Source of the DNA: Candidatus Pacearchaeota archaeon
Lineage (GTDB): Archaea; Nanobdellota; Nanobdellia; Pacearchaeales; GW2011-AR1
DNA: 49,318 nucleotides
Direction: 5' to 3'
Assembly: GCA_016181885.1 (NCBI GenBank)
Contig: JACOYJ010000023.1
Coordinates: forward strand, 1 to 49,318
Both the position numbers and the translations under genes were made by a program. The notes under the pieces are model-generated. The model ran no database searches. It was not told where the DNA came from and was given only the letters and a program-made list of their open reading frames with translations. Below, in pieces: positions 19,306-27,163 of this stretch (position 1 is its first letter; each line of letters opens with the position of its first letter).

Positions 19306-19317
19306 ATTTCGCGAAAT
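19306..19317. promoter_or_regulatory. 12-nt palindrome ATTTCGCGAAAT (copy 1 of 2)
   Basis: An exact CG-containing palindrome in an AT-rich intergenic region. An identical copy lies at 38686-38697. Confidence 0.25.
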
Positions 19318-19465
19318 TTAATCTTATATTAACTTAGATATGATTTGTTCAGCTTAACCAAACTTTAAAATTTATTTTTCATTAATTTTATTTTTATCGA
19401 AGCATTGTGACACAGTCCAATGCGGAATTATCAATTTATGAGCTTAAAATTTAAAGAGAATAACT

Positions 19466-19993
19466 TCACTTCGTCTTCTTTTTCTTAACTTCTTTCAGCC
19501 CTAAATCTATTATTGGCTGAATCTGGTGTTTTTCTAAATATGCGTAGACATTAGTCTGCTTCGACCCCTGGATAATCATAATGACTGCCTGTTGCGCGTT
19601 TTTAATGAACTCCGTATCGCCGATTATTCCAACAAGATTGCCATTTATTTCAAAATGACATTTTGTGAGCTCTGTAAGCGTTCTGAGAGTTTTTCCCTTA
19701 GTTCCAATAATCCTCGCTCTTATTTTTTCTAAGTCTTTTTTATGGGTGTAATTTTTTATATTAATTATTTCAAACAAATTGCTTTCCTCTTTTATCAAAA
19801 ATGCAACAGAAAACGGAAAACCCATCTCAACGGCTTCAATTACTTTCTCTGCAATGTATTCATCTTCCGGTAGTCCATCAATGCAAACTTCTTTTCCAAT
19901 GCTTGTTATCTTGACATTTAGGGCTTTTTCTAAACGTGTCCTGTTTTTGATTATTTCCTTGAAGTCATCGATTATTGCTGTTATCATTTTCAT
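19466..19993 (-). CDS. KH-domain RNA-binding protein (PNO1/Dim2-like)
   Basis: Two KH-like modules. ARIIGTKGKTLRTLTELTKC carries the GxxG loop. Confidence 0.65.
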   Translation of the reverse strand: MKMITAIIDDFKEIIKNRTRLEKALNVKITSIGKEVCIDGLPEDEYIAEKVIEAVEMGFPFSVAFLIKEESNLFEIINIKNYTHKKDLEKIRARIIGTKGKTLRTLTELTKCHFEINGNLVGIIGDTEFIKNAQQAVIMIIQGSKQTNVYAYLEKHQIQPIIDLGLKEVKKKKTK

Positions 19994-20208
19994 GCAAATA
20001 TTTCTTCTAAAGTTAAACCAGCTGATTTTATTATATTATGCAAAGTTCCTTTCTTTAGCAAAGAGTGGTTTGGAACAGTTATTTTTATTGTCCTTTCAGG
20101 CGTGTTCTTTTCCAGCCTTATGTGGGAGCCTTTTTGTCTTGTTACAACAAACCCAAATCGCATTATTTTTTTAATAAGTTCTTTTCCAGAAATCTGTGGA
20201 AGTTTCAT
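19990..20208 (-). CDS. hicA: HicA-family toxin
   Basis: GKELIKKIMRFGFVVTRQKGSHIRL is a HicA dsRBD-like motif with the catalytic His. The stop overlaps the KH gene start (ATGA). Confidence 0.8.
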   Translation of the reverse strand: MKLPQISGKELIKKIMRFGFVVTRQKGSHIRLEKNTPERTIKITVPNHSLLKKGTLHNIIKSAGLTLEEIFA

Positions 20209-20417
20209 ATTGTGATTATTTCTGTTTTAACATTATCACTATAAACGCTTAATTCATTATCATCTGCTTCTAAGTATAATTCTATTGCTTCTTTTATATT
20301 TCTTAGCGCTTCTTCAATTGTTTCTCCCTGTGAAATACATCCGCTTAATGAAGGCGCATATGCAGTATATCCGCCTTCTTCTTGTTCTTCTAATACTATT
20401 TTGATTTTCATGTCCAT
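20205..20417 (-). CDS. hicB: HicB-family antitoxin
   Basis: GGYTAYAPSLSGCISQGETIEEALRNIKEAIELYLE matches the HicB N-terminal domain. The stop overlaps the hicA start. Confidence 0.75.
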   Translation of the reverse strand: MDMKIKIVLEEQEEGGYTAYAPSLSGCISQGETIEEALRNIKEAIELYLEADDNELSVYSDNVKTEIITI

Positions 20418-20570
20418 TACAAATTTGTCTGATTTATAAGTTTTATGTATCAAGGCGTTCTTTTTAAAATTTCATTAGCAAAGGGATTTCCGAGAGCTAC
20501 TAAAACAATTGTTCCAAGAAATAATAAAATTACTAAAATGAGGAGCGCTGTCTTCCAAAATTTTTTCATT

Positions 20571-20936
20571 TTAAAACTCAAGTTTTTCGCTTTTTAGGTA
20601 CCCCTTGTTTTTCAACCACGATACCTGTGTCGGGGTATATTTGAATATTATATCCCCCCTGTTTTTATCAAATTCCCACAATTCAACTATGACGATATCT
20701 CCTGGTCTGAGCCAGAGAGCTCTTTTTAATCTTCCAGGAACTCTGCAATTTCTCGATTTTCCATCGAGGCAGGCAACCATCATTTTGTTCCCCCCGTGCC
20801 TTTGTTCTATAATTCCGATTAATTGCTCTCCTCTTGGAAGCCTTACTCTAATTGGGCCTATTGATTGATTTGGGTTTTCAGGATTTGCTTCATTTTCATT
20901 TATGTCCTTAAATTCTTCTTCATTATTAAATCCCAT
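20571..20936 (-). CDS. eif1a: Translation initiation factor aIF-1A
   Basis: S1-like OB core RVRLPRGEQLIGIIEQRHGGNKMMVACLDGKSRNCRVPGRLKRALWLRPGDIVIVELWEF. Confidence 0.9.
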   Translation of the reverse strand: MGFNNEEEFKDINENEANPENPNQSIGPIRVRLPRGEQLIGIIEQRHGGNKMMVACLDGKSRNCRVPGRLKRALWLRPGDIVIVELWEFDKNRGDIIFKYTPTQVSWLKNKGYLKSEKLEF

Positions 20937-21207
20937 GCTAATTCAAAAATAAGTTTGTTTATAAAACTGACGGAGATTGAAAAAATGCACTAATATTGAT
21001 TTAATGAGAATAATACTTCCAAATACTTAATATCAAAACGATCAATGAATGTTTTTCCAACATATCTTCTTGGAAATGGTGAAGTTTGTCTTGAGTTAAT
21101 TTCGCTTTCTTCTGAAATAATTAGTTTTCCTTGTGTTGCGATTCTAAACATATATTGCGTATTAGTTTCCATATCAGAACCTTGTTTTTGTAATTTATAA
21201 AGATATC

Positions 21208-21699
21208 TCACGAAGACAAGGCTGCCGGCAAAATTCCCAAAACAATTACTCCAAGGATAAAAATCCAGTCTTTCTTTACTCTTTTCTTAATGTTGTCCTT
21301 ATGCTCGGAAATATCAAGCATAGAATAAGTTAATGCCCCCCCGATATTCAGCAGAAAGAAAATAATTGCTATATTAAACGAGATCACATAAGATAAGATA
21401 ATTCCCACAGAGTTTATCAAAAAAGTGTATGCAATTATAAAAGTGTAAAATCCGTAATCAGACCATTTTTTTGTTCTTTTTGTATAGGTTAGTTTTGATC
21501 TGGCGAATATAGATGAGATAATTAATGGAATTGCAAGAGTCAATTGCAGCGCAAGAAAAACATTATCTCTAAGCATCTGCGCATTCAGCGCCGAGATAAA
21601 AGTAAAAAGAGTGAAAGACATAGCGAGCAAAGTCAGATTAACTCTTACTCTGATTTCTGATTTTTTCCTGTAAAATTCAGTTGGCAGGTCGCCTTCCAT
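21208..21699 (-). CDS. Hypothetical membrane protein
   Basis: Four hydrophobic helices. No motif recognised. Confidence 0.35.
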   Translation of the reverse strand: MEGDLPTEFYRKKSEIRVRVNLTLLAMSFTLFTFISALNAQMLRDNVFLALQLTLAIPLIISSIFARSKLTYTKRTKKWSDYGFYTFIIAYTFLINSVGIILSYVISFNIAIIFFLLNIGGALTYSMLDISEHKDNIKKRVKKDWIFILGVIVLGILPAALSS

Positions 21700-21976
21700 A
21701 CCAAATTTATAAATAAGTTATATAAATAGTTTTCTGAATTGTTAAGCCAAGTTCATAGCCAAACCTTTCATGGTTTAATTTCTTGGATAATCTGCAGACA
21801 ATAAATAAAAATAGCTATCCATTTCATTCGCAGATTTGCTGTTAATATTAATGCTAAAACATGCAAGATAAGGCGAGAATTTTATGTTGAGATTATGGGT
21901 TTACTTTACATGAAGAGAATTTTAATATATACTGAATTATATAAATTCCTTTTAAATGTGAAAAATATCATATTCA

Positions 21977-22423
21977 ATGTCAAAAGCTTTACCTTCCTTG
22001 TTAAAAGAAAATCCAACGCATTTCGGAAGTTTACTTTATAGATTAGACAAACGCGCCCATAATTTAAGGTTTTATATAAAACGCCACATGTTTTCTATAG
22101 GGGCATTCTTTCTTTTAATATATACTGTCTTAAACTTGTTTCTAGTTTACATTGTTAGGACAGCGATAGTTAGTGTATTTGTAACAATTTTTTTATTCTT
22201 TTTAAGTCTTGAGAGGTTGATAATTCATTTAAAATCAAGAATAGATAAAGAAGCCATAGAAAATAAAGAATTGCAAATTAGAGATGAGATGTTCGACGCA
22301 TTAGATGAATCTGGAAAAAACCTTGATAAATTACAAGAAGAAAATAGAGTGTTAATTAGCCAGAATGACTACTTAAAATTTCAGATTAAATACCTTAAAG
22401 AAAAATTAAAGAACGAGAGATAA
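21977..22423 (+). CDS. Hypothetical membrane protein with a C-terminal coiled coil
   Basis: Two TM segments followed by a heptad-like charged tail (ENKELQIRDEMF...LKEKLKNER). Confidence 0.35.
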   Translation: MSKALPSLLKENPTHFGSLLYRLDKRAHNLRFYIKRHMFSIGAFFLLIYTVLNLFLVYIVRTAIVSVFVTIFLFFLSLERLIIHLKSRIDKEAIENKELQIRDEMFDALDESGKNLDKLQEENRVLISQNDYLKFQIKYLKEKLKNER

Positions 22424-22623
22424 TCCGCTGATAGTCTTATCTAGTTTTCTTTTTTTCATTTCTAATTCTCTTGCGAGTTTACGTATCTTCTCCGCTCTAT
22501 TCCTTTCTTCTTTTTCTATTTCTTTTAAAACCAGATTAATATTTGCTATCATAGAATAAGTCACCCTTTTCCATATTTAAAGATATACCTCTTCTTTTAT
22601 ATACTTTACTAAAGAGATATCTC

Positions 22624-22923
22624 TTAAGCCAAAACCAAAGCAAAGGGAACGCCAGAAACTTCTCCGACAGAATCATTGTCGATAATTCCAGCTTTCAGCG
22701 CAGCATTCACAGATTCTTTTCCGACGATGTTGAAAGTTGCGTCGTCTTTGGCCATGTCCTGCAGGAAATCTACGACTTGTTTTTCGGACGCTTCATCGCC
22801 TTTATAAAAAGATTCTTTAACCTCTAGCTGAAAATCACCATCTTCAAAAACTTTTCCAAGCAAGTTAGAGTCGCACACTGCTACTATATCTCTGTACGTG
22901 CTTATTACCTTTACGCAAATCAT
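22624..22923 (-). CDS. DUF424-family protein
   Basis: IVAVCDSNLLGKVFEDGDFQLEVKESFYKGDE...NIVGKESV...VSGVPFALV matches the conserved archaeal DUF424 pattern. Confidence 0.6.
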   Translation of the reverse strand: MICVKVISTYRDIVAVCDSNLLGKVFEDGDFQLEVKESFYKGDEASEKQVVDFLQDMAKDDATFNIVGKESVNAALKAGIIDNDSVGEVSGVPFALVLA

Positions 22924-22929
22924 TATAAT

Positions 22930-23091
22930 TTATTTCTTACCGCCAATTCTGCAGACAGTTGTACCGCACGATGGACACTTTCCTTTGAACATTAATGTTC
23001 CTCTGGAAGTCTTTGTTTCCTTTGGGTCCTTCATTTCAACCTTCTTCTTGCATTTAACGCAATATCCCTCAACCATTTTTTGTCTCCTCAT
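22930..23091 (-). CDS. Small zinc-ribbon protein (DUF5679-like), absent from the supplied ORF track
   Basis: My own translation gives MRRQKMVEGYCVKCKKKVEMKDPKETKTSRGTLMFKGKCPSCGTTVCRIGGKK, with a CxxC...CxxC ribbon. It is 53 aa, so it probably fell below the track's length cutoff (nothing shorter than 60 aa is listed). The listed + strand ORF 22898-23095 is its antisense. Confidence 0.6.
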   Translation of the reverse strand: MRRQKMVEGYCVKCKKKVEMKDPKETKTSRGTLMFKGKCPSCGTTVCRIGGKK

Positions 23092-23146
23092 TTAATTGTT
23101 ATGAATGTGATAGTAAAAATGCTTTTATAAATATTTTGAATGTGCA

Positions 23147-23428
23147 TTATCTGTTTTCAACAAGCAGTTCTTGAATATCTTCATAATTAATTCTTGAAAC
23201 ATAGCCTGGTTGATTCATGGAGAAATAAACTTCATTAGGGCTCTCAATTCTCCCAAACAAATAAGCTTCAGGGAGGTACTGTTTCGTTTTCACTAAAGCA
23301 AATTTTCCGGAATTAGATTCTACTGCTCGCTTTTTTGTTTCCATACTTGTTTTTGAAGTCCACCCAGAACTTTTAACAATAAAGAAGGAAGTTAAATCTC
23401 TAATCTTTACAGACTCTAAATCTCTCAT
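23147..23428 (-). CDS. Hypothetical protein
   Basis: ORF only. No motif recognised. Confidence 0.3.
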   Translation of the reverse strand: MRDLESVKIRDLTSFFIVKSSGWTSKTSMETKKRAVESNSGKFALVKTKQYLPEAYLFGRIESPNEVYFSMNQPGYVSRINYEDIQELLVENR

Positions 23429-23470
23429 TCATCTAAAACTTGTTTTTGCTTTATAAGGATTATTATTCAG

Positions 23471-23881
23471 TTATATCTTGCTTCTAACGCTATGTTTCGC
23501 GCCGCAGGCAAGGCAATTTAGCGTTGTGACGCGGTCTTCCCTTCTTAATTCTGTGTCTGGTTTCCCGCATTCCTGGCAGATTACAAACTCTTTTGCATAT
23601 TCTTCAACTTTCTGATTTATCTTCGCGCTTGGAACTTTTATGTTTAAAACTAGCCTTTCGCCATCTGTCTGCCCAGACGCTGCAAGCTCTCTCAATAAAA
23701 ATTTCTGAAAATGTTCAGGAGTTCTCCTGATATAGGAAGCAATTGCAAGAAAATTTGTGAGTACTGTTTTCTTTCCTTCGAAGTGACCTTCAGCTTTAGG
23801 AATCTCAAATCTTTCTCCGGAAGATTCCAACTTCCTGACTTTTTTGTAGGCATCATTTAGCAATTCTTCGTATGTTTCCAT
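23471..23881 (-). CDS. eif2b: Translation initiation factor aIF-2 beta subunit
   Basis: C-terminal zinc ribbon ICQECGKPDTEL...CLACGA, and a conserved central region FLLRELAASG. Confidence 0.9.
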   Translation of the reverse strand: METYEELLNDAYKKVRKLESSGERFEIPKAEGHFEGKKTVLTNFLAIASYIRRTPEHFQKFLLRELAASGQTDGERLVLNIKVPSAKINQKVEEYAKEFVICQECGKPDTELRREDRVTTLNCLACGAKHSVRSKI

Positions 23882-23941
23882 ATTTATGAATTTGAAATCT
23901 GGTATATAAATGTTTATAAAAGATTAAGGAGAGTATTTATT

Positions 23942-24253
23942 ATGGTTAAAATAGAAAAAAGTGATGCAAGAAAGAAAGAAGAGTTATTTAATCGGGTAAC
24001 AGGATTAGCTAGAAGATGTTTTCCTAATTGTAATATTCATCGTGACACCTTTAATCAATATTCATTTTCAGTGTTTACAAGAGCTAGTCCACTTAAGAGA
24101 ATTTTTGATGTTGGCAGTCCTGTTATAGAATTATCTTGTGGAGAAGCAGAGGTAGAAGTTTATACTCCCACTTGGTTGGATACTGCTAAAGGATTTGCAG
24201 AACAATACCAAAAAATGATTGGGGCGGAAGTTACCTTGTATACTAATTTTTAA
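23942..24253 (+). CDS. Small hypothetical protein, paralog family member 1
   Basis: The C-terminal pattern LDTAKGFAEQYQKMIGAEVTLYTNF is shared with the ORFs at 25649 and 25936. Confidence 0.4.
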   Translation: MVKIEKSDARKKEELFNRVTGLARRCFPNCNIHRDTFNQYSFSVFTRASPLKRIFDVGSPVIELSCGEAEVEVYTPTWLDTAKGFAEQYQKMIGAEVTLYTNF

Positions 24254-24291
24254 TAATAATTTTAACACTTCATAACCTTTATAAATCTTTT

Positions 24292-24840
24292 ATGCTTTTT
24301 TTGTTCATGAATTTGAAGAATGTGATACTTGGGATCGCAATAATTGTTTTGACTATTTTTGTAACTTTTTATGGAATTAATACTTTATTTCCCAAGCCAG
24401 ACTATAATGCTTATTGCACCGCAGACAGGTATAATATTTATGTGAACAATTCTGCTGAGTGTGCTGCAGCTGATGGGAGATGGAATCCCAGTTATGGCGG
24501 TCCTGTCAAAGCGACTTCTGAAGGTTATTGTGACTTGACATGGAAGTGCAATCAGGAATACAATGATGCAGACAGGGCAAGATCAAAAAAAGTTTTCTTT
24601 GTTGCATTGCCGTTGGGAATTTTAATTATTGCTCTTGGAGCATTTATCTTTGGGCTTGAAGCGGTCGGCGCGGGATTAATGGGCGGCGGAGTTGGAACTT
24701 TAATTTATGGGAGCGGGGCTTACTGGCCTTATTCGCAGAATTGGATTAGGTTTTTAATTTCTTTAATAGGACTGGCCTTATTAATTTGGCTTTCTTATTT
24801 CTGGAATAAGAGAATGAAAGGGAAGGAAAGGATTTCATAA
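24292..24840 (+). CDS. Hypothetical membrane protein with a Cys-containing ectodomain
   Basis: N-terminal TM segment, a Cys-containing loop (CTADRY...CAAADGRW...CDLTWKC), then Gly-rich TM segments. Confidence 0.4.
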   Translation: MLFLFMNLKNVILGIAIIVLTIFVTFYGINTLFPKPDYNAYCTADRYNIYVNNSAECAAADGRWNPSYGGPVKATSEGYCDLTWKCNQEYNDADRARSKKVFFVALPLGILIIALGAFIFGLEAVGAGLMGGGVGTLIYGSGAYWPYSQNWIRFLISLIGLALLIWLSYFWNKRMKGKERIS

Positions 24841-24893
24841 GTAAGATTTAGCTTCGCCCAAGCTTGGTCAAAGTAGGAAAGAAAAATGGATAA

Positions 24894-25256
24894 TTACTTT
24901 CTCGATGGATATTCTTTAACTAATCTTTCGATGGCCTTTTCAGTTAACATAAATCCTGAGTCATCTCTCCTTAAAAGACCTCTATTCACCATTCCTTGAG
25001 TATCGTAGTCTGGATGAAACTGTTGAATAGAAGTCCAATCTCCATTCCTTTGACTTTTTGAAACCAAATATGCGGCAACAAGTTCCCATTCAATTCTACC
25101 CATTGTTCCACAAAATGGATTAACAACGCCAACTGGTGATTGAATACAGCTAGGATTATAATTTACTTCTTTCATTATTTTTAGGATATCTGGCTGTTTA
25201 TAAACTTTTTTATCAAAGTCTAAATAATCCGGCACATAAATTCTTAAAAACCCCAT
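24894..25256 (-). CDS. Hypothetical protein
   Basis: ORF only. Divergent from 25272. Confidence 0.35.
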   Translation of the reverse strand: MGFLRIYVPDYLDFDKKVYKQPDILKIMKEVNYNPSCIQSPVGVVNPFCGTMGRIEWELVAAYLVSKSQRNGDWTSIQQFHPDYDTQGMVNRGLLRRDDSGFMLTEKAIERLVKEYPSRK

Positions 25257-25271
25257 TAAGTAATTATAAAT

Positions 25272-25640
25272 ATGGGAGTTATTGATTATGGCGATAGAAT
25301 GTGCGTGGTTAGAAATGGATTACGGGAAGAAATTCAGCCTACAAGTTATGCAATAGATGGAAAAAAGATGTATGAGTTTAATCAAGATTCTGGAGTTCTA
25401 AAACTTAATAAAGACATGCTTCCGGAAGGGACATTAGAAAAAATGTCCAGGGCGATAAGAGAAAACCCTAGTGGAGTATCAGTAACTATCCCTATGATGC
25501 TTCATAGCCCTGCAAGATTACAAAGAGTAAGGGAAGTTGAATATTTATCCGAATCAGAGGTTAATGTTGGAACTGAAGAATGTTCTGGAACTAATAAACC
25601 AAAACTGGGTTTCATTAAAAGATTATTTAGAAGAACCTAG
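25272..25640 (+). CDS. Hypothetical protein
   Basis: ORF only. Confidence 0.35.
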   Translation: MGVIDYGDRMCVVRNGLREEIQPTSYAIDGKKMYEFNQDSGVLKLNKDMLPEGTLEKMSRAIRENPSGVSVTIPMMLHSPARLQRVREVEYLSESEVNVGTEECSGTNKPKLGFIKRLFRRT

Positions 25641-25648
25641 GTTTTATC

Positions 25649-25888
25649 ATGGCAAGCGTCGAAGATTTAATCAAAGAATCTTTTGGAAGCGATTGCACTA
25701 TTGAAAAAAGTTCGCAATTTTTATCCGTTTATCGTGAAAACGTAAAGATGGCTGTAATTAATGTCATTACACACAGGATGATTCTATATTCTGGGAATTT
25801 CCTTGATGGTGCCGCAAAGTTCTCGGAAGGATACACAAAAATTGTTCAGGGCGTTGGCAAATTCCAAGTTCTTTCGAATTATGACTAG
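25649..25888 (+). CDS. Small hypothetical protein, paralog family member 2
   Basis: VEDLIKESFGSDCTI... and HRMILYSGNFLDGAAKFSEGYTKIV align with member 3. Confidence 0.4.
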   Translation: MASVEDLIKESFGSDCTIEKSSQFLSVYRENVKMAVINVITHRMILYSGNFLDGAAKFSEGYTKIVQGVGKFQVLSNYD

Positions 25889-25935
25889 AAATTTTAGACA
25901 TAAATTTTTATAAACTTGAGTTTTTATTTAAATAG

Positions 25936-26301
25936 ATGGTTTTTATAGAAAATATTACTAAAAATCAAGAAAGTAAAAAGAAAAAAACTAGCCTTAGTAA
26001 ACTAGAGAGAGATGAGATTGATGAATTAGTAAAAGAGGTTTTTGGACAAGATGTCAAAACTGTGCCAGTTTATGCTAGTTTAATATTTGGGAGTGGAGAT
26101 AATACTTTTGATATAAGCCCAATAGACCATTTACAAATCAAAACAATTAATGACGGTTTGATAGCTCGTCTATACCCCTTTAATCATAACATGGTTTTAT
26201 ATAATAAAATTGATATTGATAATGCTCGATTATTTGGAGAAAAATACGAGGAAAATTATATACTATACGGAAACTTTGTTATTAGAACAGATTATTCTTG
26301 A
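25936..26301 (+). CDS. Small hypothetical protein, paralog family member 3
   Basis: IDELVKEVFGQDVKTV... and NHNMVLYNKIDIDNARLFGEKYEENY align with member 2. Confidence 0.4.
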   Translation: MVFIENITKNQESKKKKTSLSKLERDEIDELVKEVFGQDVKTVPVYASLIFGSGDNTFDISPIDHLQIKTINDGLIARLYPFNHNMVLYNKIDIDNARLFGEKYEENYILYGNFVIRTDYS

Positions 26302-26304
26302 TTT

Positions 26305-26931
26305 TCACCCCAAATACCTAACCTTCCCCGGTCTTGGCTCAAATGCAATCCCGTCCTCAAGGAGCTTTTGGATTTCCTGATTTATCATTTCTGGAGAGAT
26401 TTCCCGCAAAGTCAAGATTAAATCTTCTCTTTCAATTCCGCCTTTTTCTTCCGCAGATTTTATTTCGTTGAGGACCCTGTCTTTTATTGCTACAATCTGG
26501 CTTCTTTCGAGGGTTGGAGCATTTTTTGATTTTTCTTTGTCGATTTCTATTTTCCTTATTAGAAGATATTTTGAGTCTTGCTCTCTTATTATCTCGGGAG
26601 CAATGTAAATTTCGTTGTTCCAGTGCCTCATTAAACCTATGACTATTACTGTCTGCCCGAGAGTGAGGTTAGAGAATTTTGCTGTGTCGTCTCCAAAAGA
26701 TTTTAGCTTTATCTGCCCGGAGCCGTCGTCAATAGTTATGCTCAAGAATTTTGATTCTCCCTGACCTTCATACTTGTCGACGACATTGCCAGCAACATTG
26801 ACTCTTATTATTTTTTTGCCTCCAAACTCCAAAAAAGAAAATCTTTCAGAGTTCATTATAGGCTTTCCTATCAACAAATCTCCGATTCTGAATTTAAATG
26901 CAATGTGCCTCTTGAATTCCTGGTCAGGCAT
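26305..26931 (-). CDS. OB-fold nucleic-acid-binding protein with a C-terminal winged helix (RPA2-like)
   Basis: The central segment RVNVAGNVVDKYEGQGESKFLSITIDDGSGQIKLKSFGDD is typical of RPA/tRNA-anticodon OB folds. The C-terminal wHTH-like tail ends GKVRYLG. The gene lies next to mcm. Confidence 0.45.
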   Translation of the reverse strand: MPDQEFKRHIAFKFRIGDLLIGKPIMNSERFSFLEFGGKKIIRVNVAGNVVDKYEGQGESKFLSITIDDGSGQIKLKSFGDDTAKFSNLTLGQTVIVIGLMRHWNNEIYIAPEIIREQDSKYLLIRKIEIDKEKSKNAPTLERSQIVAIKDRVLNEIKSAEEKGGIEREDLILTLREISPEMINQEIQKLLEDGIAFEPRPGKVRYLG

Positions 26932-27163
26932 TTTAACTTGTTAAAATGATCTTGCGAAATTTTATATTTTTACTTGGCATTTTAATTTTTTATGCTGTAT
27001 TTTGCGCTTTCTTGACATTTAATTAATGACAACTTAAATACGCTTGGTTTATTTAATTTAATATTAACTCTAACATAGTTCGCAGCAACATCAATTCGTG
27101 AGCTAATTTATATTTCCCCCTTGTTTTTTATTTTTATATCACCAGATTTCATTTTTTAAACAT

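Noticed and set aside
22406-22552. A 48-aa minus-strand coiled-coil-like ORF (MIANINLVLKEIEKEERNRAEKIRKLAREL...).
   Set aside because: It is short and low-complexity, overlaps the 3' end of the convergent 21977-22423 ORF, and has no recognisable motif or RBS.
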